A DNA stretch of 64,000 bases from an uncultured Verrucomicrobiae bacterium (GTDB taxonomy: Bacteria; Verrucomicrobiota; Verrucomicrobiia; Chthoniobacterales; UBA10450). The DNA lies in contig CAVYXA010000004.1 of assembly GCA_963772365.1 (NCBI GenBank), forward strand, positions 110,554 to 174,553. Direction: 5' to 3'. Shown here one piece after another: positions 41,323 through 49,338 of the stretch. The position numbers were made by a program, and so were the translations under genes. The notes beneath the pieces were generated by a model that searched no databases, was not told the DNA's origin, and saw only the letters and a program-made list of their open reading frames with translations. Positions within the stretch are counted from its first letter, which is position 1; each line of letters opens with the position of its first letter.

Positions 41323-42291
41323 TTAGTTAGCAAATATGGTGAAGGGAATTTCCTGTTCCAGCCCTTCCGGTGGCAGGGTTGCAGCCAAATCGTCCGACAT
41401 CGGCGGCAACTGAGCTTCTTGGACAGATTGAATGCAAAAGTTGGCGAACAATTCGTTAGAAGTATTTTCAACTACCTTCAGGTTCTTTACGCGACCATTT
41501 CGGTCAATCCAAAAAACCAGACGAACATTACCGATGCCGAAGAGGTCAAGCTGCTTCTCGATGGATGCATACCAACGCGACCCGATCGCTTCTAAAACAT
41601 ATTTTTGGTAACGCCCCAATGGCGTTCCCAAAGCACGGACGGAAGAGATGCCGCGATTCGTAATCGAGCCGGCCAAGCGCGTCCGTTGTTCCTGAGCGCG
41701 GTATGACGACTTGGGTGGTTGTTCCTTTGCAGGCGTTGGCTTTGTCACGGGTGGCGGAGTCGGCGTTCTGGTCAGAAAAGCCAGTTCATCCGGCGCAGGG
41801 GTTGCAGTGGGTGCTTGTGAAGGCTGTGACGTTTCCTGGGTCGCAGCGCTCGGCTGCGGCTGAGCGCCCTGAACTGCCAACGAATATTGGTGCGTCTCAA
41901 GATCGACATATGGCCGATCCTTCCCTTCTTGGGTGGGAATCGGTGCGGTGCCAGCCGCCGGAAGCTCGCTCGCCCCGGTGGAATTCGCATTCGATTCAAA
42001 AGCGGCGTCTGTCGGCGGAGGTTCCTTCTTGGATTCGTCCGTCTCCATGAACATCGAATTTTTCGGGACCGTCGGCGCGGGCGTGGCAAGATCGACAAAA
42101 GTCAGCTCGATTGGCTTTTGCTCGGTTACGAATGCGGGCGATATCAAGCCGCTCCAGGCTGCCAGCGAATAGGCAACCGCCAAATGCAGAAAAAGCGCGG
42201 CCAGAAAGGCCAGAAGAACCTTGCGCTTCTCCGTTTTCCCTTCCGCCGCTTCCTCTGCGGAATAATCGAGGATGAATTCCGCCGTGGTCAT
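41323..42291 (-). CDS. TonB/TolA-like energy transducer
   Basis: N-terminal TM with His (ALFLH), P/T/Q-rich linker, TonB C-terminal-like domain; upstream of exbB/exbD. Confidence 0.75.
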   Translation of the reverse strand: MTTAEFILDYSAEEAAEGKTEKRKVLLAFLAALFLHLAVAYSLAAWSGLISPAFVTEQKPIELTFVDLATPAPTVPKNSMFMETDESKKEPPPTDAAFESNANSTGASELPAAGTAPIPTQEGKDRPYVDLETHQYSLAVQGAQPQPSAATQETSQPSQAPTATPAPDELAFLTRTPTPPPVTKPTPAKEQPPKSSYRAQEQRTRLAGSITNRGISSVRALGTPLGRYQKYVLEAIGSRWYASIEKQLDLFGIGNVRLVFWIDRNGRVKNLKVVENTSNELFANFCIQSVQEAQLPPMSDDLAATLPPEGLEQEIPFTIFAN

Positions 42292-42356
42292 TGAAATCAG
42301 AGGCTCAACCTTATCTCACGCCTTCTCCCCTGACAAATGAGCCACATGAACAAGTT

Positions 42357-42440
42357 TGTCATGTCGAGCGAAGTCGAGACATCCCGTGGAGGTGCCGATG
42401 GGTAATGCTACGGGGTTCCTCGACTTCGCTCGGAATGACG
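42357..42440. repeat. TGTCA-type palindromic element forming the 3' end of the glycosylase gene
   Basis: TGTCATGTCGAGCGAAGTCGAG ... CTCGACTTCGCTCGGAATGAC. Confidence 0.85.
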
Positions 42441-43303
42441 TGCCTTTTCCTCATGCGAGCGTGATGAAACAAATACTGCTGCGCGTAACCGCCATGTTCG
42501 CCGAAATATTCTTCTGTGAACGTCCGTAGTCTCGCTGCGTTCAATTTCCGGACGCGCGGAAAGTAATTTTCCCGCAGGACCCGCTCGATCCAAACATCGA
42601 CTGGGAACGCGCGAAGGCGTTCGTAGGCAAAGAGCATCACACAATTAGCAACCTTCGGGCCCACTCCGGGGAGCTGGCAAAGCGCAGCGCGAAGATCGAT
42701 ATCAGAAAGGTCCGACATTTGTTCAAGATCCACGTCGCCCCTGGCGATCAGCCGGGCTGTGGCCAAAAGGTTTTTCGCCCGGTAACCGAGCCGGCATCTG
42801 AGCAGCTCCTTTTCTGATGCGTCTGCGATTCTCGCAATGGTCGGAAAGATATGGATAAGATGACTGTCGATCCTAAGCCTCTTACCGAAACGCGTCCGCA
42901 ACGCCTTTGAGATCTGCCGGATATGCGCGACCTGTTTCATCGAGGAACAGATGAACGTTGCCAGACATTCCCATTTCGGCTGACGAATGATGCGAAGCCC
43001 GCGGCAATACTCGCGCGCCTCATCCATTGCCGGATCACGCGGAAACGAAGCGCAAATTTCCGCCAACGGATGATCGAGCGCGAAGTAATGCATGATCGTG
43101 GCATGCGCATCTTTGTCTAAACAGCGGCTGGAAACCGACGCCACTCTCACTCGCAAAATTTCTCCGGTTTGTTCTATGTAAACAGCTTGATCGCCGATCG
43201 TTCCCACGAATCCATTCTCAAATTTCTCCCAGTGAAAGACCTGCCCGGAATCGAGCGTCTTAGCGAGACCGAACTCGGGCGCGTGGATTTCCGTGAGCTT
43301 CAT
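42359..43303 (-). CDS. 8-oxoguanine DNA glycosylase (Ogg, HhH-GPD family)
   Basis: TLDSGQVF, LGYRAK, LPGVGPKVANC, FPVDVW, GYAQQYLF. Confidence 0.9.
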   Translation of the reverse strand: MKLTEIHAPEFGLAKTLDSGQVFHWEKFENGFVGTIGDQAVYIEQTGEILRVRVASVSSRCLDKDAHATIMHYFALDHPLAEICASFPRDPAMDEAREYCRGLRIIRQPKWECLATFICSSMKQVAHIRQISKALRTRFGKRLRIDSHLIHIFPTIARIADASEKELLRCRLGYRAKNLLATARLIARGDVDLEQMSDLSDIDLRAALCQLPGVGPKVANCVMLFAYERLRAFPVDVWIERVLRENYFPRVRKLNAARLRTFTEEYFGEHGGYAQQYLFHHARMRKRHVIPSEVEEPRSITHRHLHGMSRLRST

Positions 43304-43308
43304 TTTTC

Positions 43309-43377
43309 GCCACAGATTAACACGGATGAAACACAGATGATTTCATTTATCCGTGTAAATCCGTGTTTATCTGTGGC
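43309..43377. repeat. Decamer-based palindromic element (17099 family)
   Basis: GCCACAGATTAACACGGATGAAACACAGAT ... ATCCGTGTAAATCCGTGTTTATCTGTGGC. Confidence 0.85.
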
Positions 43378-43392
43378 TAAGTAGCCGCCGAC

Positions 43393-45054
43393 ATGGACGC
43401 ACGCCTGGCAATCGACACCGTTGTTTTGCTCGCGTACTTCATCGGGATTGTCGTGCTTGGACTCTGGGCGGGGCGGCGCAATCGCAACCTGGAAGACTTC
43501 TCGTTAGGCTCGCGCTCGATTCCATGGTGGGCGGTGCTCGCATCCATCATCGCCGCTGAGACAAGCGCGGCCACCTTTCTCGGCACCCCCGCTGAGGGAT
43601 TTAAGACGCGCGGCTATTTTTATGGACAGCTCGCCATAGGTACCGTCCTCGCGCGGGTCATCATCGCGTACACGTTTATCAAACCGTACTACGATTATCG
43701 CGTGCAAAGCGTTTACGAATTTTTGACTGTCCGTTTTGGCACAAAAACAAAAAATATGGCCAGCGGGGTTTTTCTATTTACGCGGGTGCTCGGGATTGGC
43801 GTGCGCCTTTATCTCGGCGGCGCCATCATGGTGGTAATCTGGCGTTATCTCTTTCCGTCGCTGCCGGTAAATCTTAACACCTACATCTGGGGAATTCTTT
43901 TTGTCACCATCATCACGGTCGTCTACACGGCCGTCGGTGGAATCAAAGCCGTGGTCTGGACCGATCTCATCCAAGCGGTGCTGATGTTCAGCTCAGTGAT
44001 CTTCGCGATTTTCTTGCTGCTGCGGCACATCCCCGGCGGGTTCGAGACGGTGAAGACAAATCTCGGCGGCTGGTCAAACGTGAAACTTTTCCAAACTGGC
44101 TGGGATTCGCAATTGCCTTTTGGCCCGGCATTGAAAGCGATGTTGGAAGAGCCCTACACAGTCTTCGCTGCGTTCATTGGATCGACGCTGTTGACGATGG
44201 CGACGCATGGCACCGATCAGGACATGGTTCAGCGAATGTTGACCGCGCCCGATCATCACAAATCGCGATTGTCGCTCATTCTCAGCGGCATCATGGACCT
44301 CCCGATCGCGGGCGCTTTTCTGACCGTCGGCATTTTGCTTTCGGTTTATTATGCGGTAGTTCCCGGAACGACATTGCCCGCGGCCGACAACGAGATTTTT
44401 GGCCATTACATTATTCACGAAATGCCCGTGGTGTTTCGTGGCCTTATCATTGCCGGCGTTTTCGCGACGATGATGGGCTCCACCTCGGCCGCGCTCAACG
44501 CGCTCGCGACCAGTTTCACCAAAGATTTCTATCTGCCCTATATTCGTCCCGGCGCGACTGATCGTCAGGCCATTCGCGCTGCACGCATCGCGACCGCGAT
44601 CTTCGGTGTTCTCATGATCATTGTTGCAACAATGGCGGCGAACGCTGTGCTGCAGGATGCAAAACTCACGATTATTCCGATCGCGATTGGAATTCTCGGC
44701 TACACTTACGGTGCTCTAGTCGGCGTCTTCCTTTTGGGGATGCTAACGCGCAATCGCGGACGCGACGGTGCGAACGTCGTCGCAATGATCGTTGGCATCA
44801 TGTCAGTGCTTGTGCTGTGCAAAGTCTCGATTCCAGCATTCGATTTCGTTGCATTACTGCACGGCAAACCCGTCGCGGCGTCGTGGAATTTCGGTTGGTT
44901 CATGCCCGAGTGGTGGCCGAAAATTTCTTGGCCATGGTTCGTATTTGTCGGTTGCACGGTCACGCTCGGGATAGCGGTGCTTTTCCGCACGCCCGCGTCC
45001 CAGATCGCGACCGCCAAAGCGCACGTCACCGCGGCTACTTCTTCACCCCGCTAA
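43393..45054 (+). CDS. Sodium:solute symporter (SSS family)
   Basis: SIIAAETSAATFLG, GGIKAVVWTD, TDQDMVQR; many TMs. Confidence 0.92.
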   Translation: MDARLAIDTVVLLAYFIGIVVLGLWAGRRNRNLEDFSLGSRSIPWWAVLASIIAAETSAATFLGTPAEGFKTRGYFYGQLAIGTVLARVIIAYTFIKPYYDYRVQSVYEFLTVRFGTKTKNMASGVFLFTRVLGIGVRLYLGGAIMVVIWRYLFPSLPVNLNTYIWGILFVTIITVVYTAVGGIKAVVWTDLIQAVLMFSSVIFAIFLLLRHIPGGFETVKTNLGGWSNVKLFQTGWDSQLPFGPALKAMLEEPYTVFAAFIGSTLLTMATHGTDQDMVQRMLTAPDHHKSRLSLILSGIMDLPIAGAFLTVGILLSVYYAVVPGTTLPAADNEIFGHYIIHEMPVVFRGLIIAGVFATMMGSTSAALNALATSFTKDFYLPYIRPGATDRQAIRAARIATAIFGVLMIIVATMAANAVLQDAKLTIIPIAIGILGYTYGALVGVFLLGMLTRNRGRDGANVVAMIVGIMSVLVLCKVSIPAFDFVALLHGKPVAASWNFGWFMPEWWPKISWPWFVFVGCTVTLGIAVLFRTPASQIATAKAHVTAATSSPR

Positions 45055-45075
45055 TTTGATTTCCAACTCGCACAA

Positions 45076-45152
45076 CTACCGGTCATGGAATTCCCTGGTG
45101 GATTTGCGTCGGCACGATCGTCACTTTTTTGGTGGCGATCCTTTTCCGGACC
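45076..45152 (+). pseudogene. Remnant last TM helix of a second SSS paralog
   Basis: LPVMEF(P)WWICVGTIVTFLVAILFRT parallels the SSS C-terminus WPWFVFVGCTVTLGIAVLFRT; one base missing at ~45095. Confidence 0.65.
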
Positions 45153-45283
45153 GGCCCGCGAACACCATCCGCCGCGAGCTCAATAGCGATATTTTTGAGA
45201 CATGGATTGACCGGACGGTTATCGCTGATTTAATCGAGGTCAGCAGCGATCATCTCACGTAATCCTCAAACTCCTGAAATCCT

Positions 45284-45604
45284 ATGGCTCACGTCGTCAC
45301 CGAGAAATGTAACGGATGCAAATTCACCGATTGTGTAGAAGTCTGCCCCGTCGCCTGTTTCTACGAAATGGAAAACCAGCTGGTCATTCATCCGGAGGAA
45401 TGCATCGATTGTATGGCCTGCGTCGAGGTCTGCCCGGTCCACGCCATCTACGCGGATGGCGATGTTCCTCCCGAATTCGCGAAGGATACCGAGTTCAATG
45501 CGACCGAGTCTCACAAGATTAAGGACGCGGGCGGAGAGGCGATCACCGCAAAGAAGGACGCGCTGCCCGGCGCCTTAGACCGCAAGAAAGCGCTCGGTTA
45601 TTGA
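45284..45604 (+). CDS. Dicluster ferredoxin (FdxA-like)
   Basis: [15 protein letters not shown]...[13 protein letters not shown]. Confidence 0.93.
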   Translation: MAHVVTEKCNGCKFTDCVEVCPVACFYEMENQLVIHPEECIDCMACVEVCPVHAIYADGDVPPEFAKDTEFNATESHKIKDAGGEAITAKKDALPGALDRKKALGY

Positions 45605-45634
45605 GTCAGGGGGCTGGCTTTCGGTGCCGGAAGG

Positions 45635-45736
45635 CGCCAGATCGACGGGATCGATGAGCAGATCGACCAGCTTGTTTACCAGCTTTACAAGCTCACATCC
45701 GACGAAATAAAAATTGTCGAAGAGGCCGCGAAATGA
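45635..45736 (+). repeat. Repeat R1: fragment resembling a Type IIG R-M gene 3' tail
   Basis: Translates RQIDGIDEQIDQLVYQLYKLTSDEIKIVEEAAK-stop; TGA overlaps ATG 45733. Confidence 0.85.
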
Positions 45737-46065
45737 AAATTCCAAACGCGGAGCGCGCATTTATCAACGTGGCGAAACTTCGTGATTATTCGCTTGATCC
45801 GCGGCATCGGGAGGGCAAGAACAAAGCACGCGTCTTTGCCGCGGCGCTCGGATTGACCAGAGAAGACGCCGAATGGCTTCGCAAAATTCTTCTCGATGGC
45901 GTTCGTGATCACGATTGCCAACCGGGGAAGCGCACGGTGTTTGGACAGAGATACATCGTGGATTTTTCCGTGACCAAAGATAAAAGGACTGCGCCGTTGC
46001 GGAGCGTTTGGAACATCCGCCCGAACGAAGACTTTCCTCGTCTCATCACCTGCTATGTGATATGA
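45733..46065 (+). CDS. DUF6883-like putative toxin
   Basis: KL..Y.L...H..GK.KARVF..ALG ... PRLITCY; ATGA-coupled to the DUF4926 gene. Confidence 0.8.
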   Translation: MKIPNAERAFINVAKLRDYSLDPRHREGKNKARVFAAALGLTREDAEWLRKILLDGVRDHDCQPGKRTVFGQRYIVDFSVTKDKRTAPLRSVWNIRPNEDFPRLITCYVI

Positions 46066-46286
46066 ATATTCCGATGTCGCCGGTGAAGCTTTTGGATGTG
46101 GTGGCGCTCCTGGTGGATAAGCCCGCCGAAGGTTTGACCACTGGTCATGTTGGTACGGTCGTGGAACTGTTGTCGCCCGACGTTTTCGAAGTGGAATTTC
46201 TAGATCCAACCGGGCGCACTTTTGCTCTTACCGAACTTAAGCGAGATGAAATTCTGGTTCTGAAACACGAGCCGGTCGCCGCGTGA
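46062..46286 (+). CDS. DUF4926-like putative antitoxin/immunity protein
   Basis: LLDVVALL.D...GL..G.VGTVVE...FEVEF.D..G.T.A. Confidence 0.8.
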   Translation: MNIPMSPVKLLDVVALLVDKPAEGLTTGHVGTVVELLSPDVFEVEFLDPTGRTFALTELKRDEILVLKHEPVAA

Positions 46287-46492
46287 GTGAGGGAAGCGAT
46301 ACCCGAGTCGAACAACTCGCCGCCGCCAAGACCGGTCACGAGCAAACCGCGCTCCAGCGCCAGATCGACGCGACCGACGCGCAGATCGACCAGCTTGTTT
46401 ACCAGCTCTACGAGCTCACGCCGGAGGAAATCAAAATCATCGAAGCGGCCTCGGCGCCAGCTCCGGCCCGACAAGGGGAATCTGCGAAGTGA
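46283..46492 (+). CDS. 69-aa ORF made of repeat R2 (46311-46458), resembling the C-terminal helix of Type IIG R-M enzymes
   Basis: QLAAAKTGHEQTALQRQIDATDAQIDQLVYQLYELTPEEIKIIE; GTGA overlaps with both neighbours. Confidence 0.6.
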   Translation: MSEGSDTRVEQLAAAKTGHEQTALQRQIDATDAQIDQLVYQLYELTPEEIKIIEAASAPAPARQGESAK

Positions 46493-46745
46493 AATACAAG
46501 CTGTCCAGCCACGCGGAGGAAGAATTGATCTTACGCAAGATTCCGTGGCATCTCGTGGACTCCCTCATGCAGAAGCCGCAGCAGGCTGTTCCTGAACGGG
46601 GGAGCAGAAAAGCATATCAGTCGCAATTCGACTTTGGCGATGGTAGAATCTTTCTGTTGCGAGCGATTGTCGATGATACGGTCGATCCGGCCATAGGGTG
46701 ACGATTTATCGGACAAAGAGAATTAAGAAATATTGGAAGCCATGA
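46489..46745 (+). CDS. DUF4258-like putative toxin with an apparent 1-nt deletion at ~46698
   Basis: SSHA...RKI...P; restoring one base gives VVTIYRTKRIKKYWKP-stop overlapping ATG 46742. Confidence 0.75.
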
Positions 46746-46939
46746 AAGTAACCTACGACCAGGAAGTCGATATTCTGCGGATTCTATTCAGCAATACACC
46801 TATCGAAGAGAGTGACGAGGATAAGCCAGGCGTGATTCTCGATTACGACAAAGAGGGGAACATTGTCGGAATGGAAATCCTCGATGCTTCGAAACGAGTG
46901 GAGAATCCTCGCGCATTCGAATACGCCGTGGCCGGCTAA
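46742..46939 (+). CDS. DUF2283-like putative antitoxin
   Basis: MKVTYD.EVD.L.I...ILDYDKEGNIVGMEILDAS. Confidence 0.85.
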   Translation: MKVTYDQEVDILRILFSNTPIEESDEDKPGVILDYDKEGNIVGMEILDASKRVENPRAFEYAVAG

Positions 46940-46964
46940 AGCTGGCGCGTGCTGGAGTTAAACT

Positions 46965-47110
46965 AACAACTCGCCGCCGCCAAAATCACGCACGAGCAAA
47001 CCGCGCTCAAGCGTCCGATCGACAGCCGACGCGCAGATCGATCAGCTCATTTACCAGCTCTACGAGCTCACGCCGGAGGAAGTCAAAATCATCGAAGCGG
47101 CCTCTGCGCC
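46965..47110 (+). repeat. Repeat R3: R-M-tail fragment, 2 nt shorter than R2
   Basis: Collinear with 46311-46458, roughly 88-90% identical by eye; same left end AACAACTCGCCGCCGCCAA. Confidence 0.9.
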
Positions 47111-47111
47111 C

Positions 47112-47244
47112 GATTATGTCGATATCATGAGTCAAGCGCATCTCGCCGTAGAGGGTTTGATGCAATCGAACCTGTCGCTGCCCAGGGCACGCCGAGCGCG
47201 TTGAACCGCGGCGCAAAGACGGCGGTTGGATCAAGATCGGCCAT
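47112..47244 (-). pseudogene. Truncated nucleotidyltransferase N-terminus abutting R3
   Basis: MADLDPTAVFAPRFNALGVPWAATGSIAS/LYGEMRLTHDIDII (GS...DxD motif, one extra base), then reversed R3. Confidence 0.75.
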
Positions 47245-47434
47245 GCAAAGTCAGCCGCCGTAATTCAGCAGCGACCCGTTTGTCGCTCCAGTCCGGATGT
47301 TGCTCACGCAGCACTGCCGCCTTCAACCTGCGCATCGAGCGAATAAAACCAAGCGCGAGCTCGGCCCGGCGTTCCAGCGACATCGTTCGCAATGCCTTGA
47401 TCTGCTCCGGATGTAAGCCGCCATCGGTAAACAT
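47231..47434 (-). CDS. Small helical protein, putative partner of the nucleotidyltransferase
   Basis: QI.ALR.MS.ERR...LR.QHPDWS pattern; overlaps the NTase start. Confidence 0.7.
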   Translation of the reverse strand: MFTDGGLHPEQIKALRTMSLERRAELALGFIRSMRRLKAAVLREQHPDWSDKRVAAELRRLTLHGRS

Positions 47435-47443
47435 GCGGGTAAT

Positions 47444-49249
47444 TTACTGTTGTTTCTTTTCGCTCGCCAGTTTGATTCCCAAGTCGCGTAACTGGCGTGG
47501 ATCGCCTTCGGCCGGCGATTGAGACATCAAGTCCATGCCGCGATTGTTTTTCGGGAACGCCATCACGTCGCGGATGGATTGTTCGCCACACACGAGCATG
47601 ACCAGACGATCGAGACCGAGAGCGATGCCGCCATGCGGCGGCGCGCCCATCCGGAGTGCGCGGAGCAAATGGCCGAACAGCGTTTGCTGATCCTGCGGAT
47701 TAACGCCGAGGATCTCGAACATCTTCTTCTGCAATTCCGGTTCGTGAATTCGAATGCTCCCGCCGCCGATCTCGACCCCGTTCAAGACGACGTCGTAGGC
47801 TTCGGCGCGAATGTCGGGAAATTTCTTTTCTTCCAATAAAGGAATATCTTCCACCTTCGGGCGGGTGAATGGATGATGCATTGCGTTCCATTTGTTTTCC
47901 TCCGCGCTCCATTGCAGGAGCGGGAAATCTGTGACCCAGAGGAAATCCAATTGCATGGAATCGACGACCAGCTTCTGCATTTCGGCGATGCGCAATCGCA
48001 AACGCCCCAGGACCTCGCACGCGATTTCCCATTTGTCAGCCGCGAACAAAATCAAATCGCCTTCTTCGATTTTCAGTTTCGATTGAAGCGCAGTTTTCTC
48101 GGTTCCGCTGAAAAATTTCACAATCGGCGATTTCCATTCCCCACCTTCGACTTTGATGAAGGCGAGACCTTTCGCTCCGAATGTCTTGGCAGTTTCAGTT
48201 AGCTCATCGGACTGGCCAATCGTCAACGACGCAAAATTCTTGGCATTAATCGCTTTCACCACGCCGCCGGAATCGAGCGTGCTGCGAAAAAGTTTGAAGC
48301 TGCTCGCGCGAAAATCATCGCCAATATCGACAAGTTCCATCCCAAATCGGCGATCCGGTTTGTCGCTGCCGAATCGGCCGACGGCTTCGCGATAGGTCAG
48401 GCGGTCGAATGGAAGTTTGATATCGATGTTGTCCGCCACGGCGGATTCGTCCCATGGCGAACGCACGGCCTTGAAGATTGCCGCCAGCATTCCTTCGGTC
48501 AGCGCGAAAATATCCGCCGGCTCGACAAACGACGCTTCGATGTCGATCTGGGTAAACTCCGGTTGACGATCGGCACGAAGATCTTCGTCACGAAAGCATT
48601 TCGCGATCTGGAAATATTTCTCCACGCCCGCGACCATGAGCAGTTGTTTGTATTGCTGCGGTGCCTGCGGAAGGGCATAGAATTTTCCGGGCGCCAAGCG
48701 ACTCGGCACGAGGAAATCACGCGCGCCTTCCGGAGTGCTTTTGGAAAGAATCGGTGTCTCAACCTCGACATATCCCTGGCCATCGAGATAATCGCGTGTC
48801 GCTTTCGCGACTTTGTGCCGTATCCGCAGATTGCGGGCGAGATGCGGCCGGCGCAGATCGAAATAGCGATAGGTGAGCCGCAAATCTTCGTTGTGCGTCT
48901 CAGTGTCGAGTTGGAACGGCAAATCGTCCGCCCGATTCAAAATCTTGAGCTCGCTCGGAACAACTTCTATGTCGCCGGTTTCGAGATTCGAATTTTCCGT
49001 GCCCGGAACGCGCGGAGCGACGCGACCGATTACTTGGATCACGTCTTCGCTTCGAAGCGTATGCGCCTGTTTCGCAACTTCGGCGTTTTCCTCCGGGCGG
49101 AAGACAACCTGGGTTAGCCCTTCGCGATCACGCAGATCGATAAAGATCACGCCGCCATGGTCGCGGGTGACGTTCACCCATCCGGCGAGTGTGACTTGTT
49201 TGCCGATGTCGATCTTACGAAGTGAATTGCAATTGTGCGTGCGAAACAT
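47444..49249 (-). CDS. aspS: Aspartate-tRNA ligase, probably non-discriminating
   Basis: RDHGGVIFIDLRD, TPEGARDF, FRDEDLRADRQPEF, GAPPHGG. Confidence 0.97.
   Translation of the reverse strand: MFRTHNCNSLRKIDIGKQVTLAGWVNVTRDHGGVIFIDLRDREGLTQVVFRPEENAEVAKQAHTLRSEDVIQVIGRVAPRVPGTENSNLETGDIEVVPSELKILNRADDLPFQLDTETHNEDLRLTYRYFDLRRPHLARNLRIRHKVAKATRDYLDGQGYVEVETPILSKSTPEGARDFLVPSRLAPGKFYALPQAPQQYKQLLMVAGVEKYFQIAKCFRDEDLRADRQPEFTQIDIEASFVEPADIFALTEGMLAAIFKAVRSPWDESAVADNIDIKLPFDRLTYREAVGRFGSDKPDRRFGMELVDIGDDFRASSFKLFRSTLDSGGVVKAINAKNFASLTIGQSDELTETAKTFGAKGLAFIKVEGGEWKSPIVKFFSGTEKTALQSKLKIEEGDLILFAADKWEIACEVLGRLRLRIAEMQKLVVDSMQLDFLWVTDFPLLQWSAEENKWNAMHHPFTRPKVEDIPLLEEKKFPDIRAEAYDVVLNGVEIGGGSIRIHEPELQKKMFEILGVNPQDQQTLFGHLLRALRMGAPPHGGIALGLDRLVMLVCGEQSIRDVMAFPKNNRGMDLMSQSPAEGDPRQLRDLGIKLASEKKQQ
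48431..48462 (+). repeat. ~32-nt double-hairpin element inside aspS
   Basis: GTCCGCCACGGCGGATTCGTCCCATGGCGAAC; encodes SPWDESAVAD on the minus strand. Confidence 0.65.
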
Positions 49250-49253
49250 GGGT

Positions 49254-49338
49254 TTGTCATTCCGAGCGAAGTCGAGGAAGCCCGTGGAATGTCGTGGGGT
49301 GCTGCCGCGGGATCCTTCGACTTCGCTCAGAATGACAA
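49254..49338. repeat. TGTCA-type palindromic element between hisS and aspS; contains the hisS stop
   Basis: TTGTCATTCCGAGCGAAGTCGA ... TCGACTTCGCTCAGAATGACAA. Confidence 0.85.

Noticed and set aside
45056..45262. 68-aa ORF between the symporter and ferredoxin
   Set aside because: Better explained by the symporter remnant in another frame.
45635..47110. R1-R3 as a CRISPR array or canonical attC sites
   Set aside because: Repeats are 100-150 nt, coding-derived and non-palindromic; spacers are whole genes; no cas or intI in the window.
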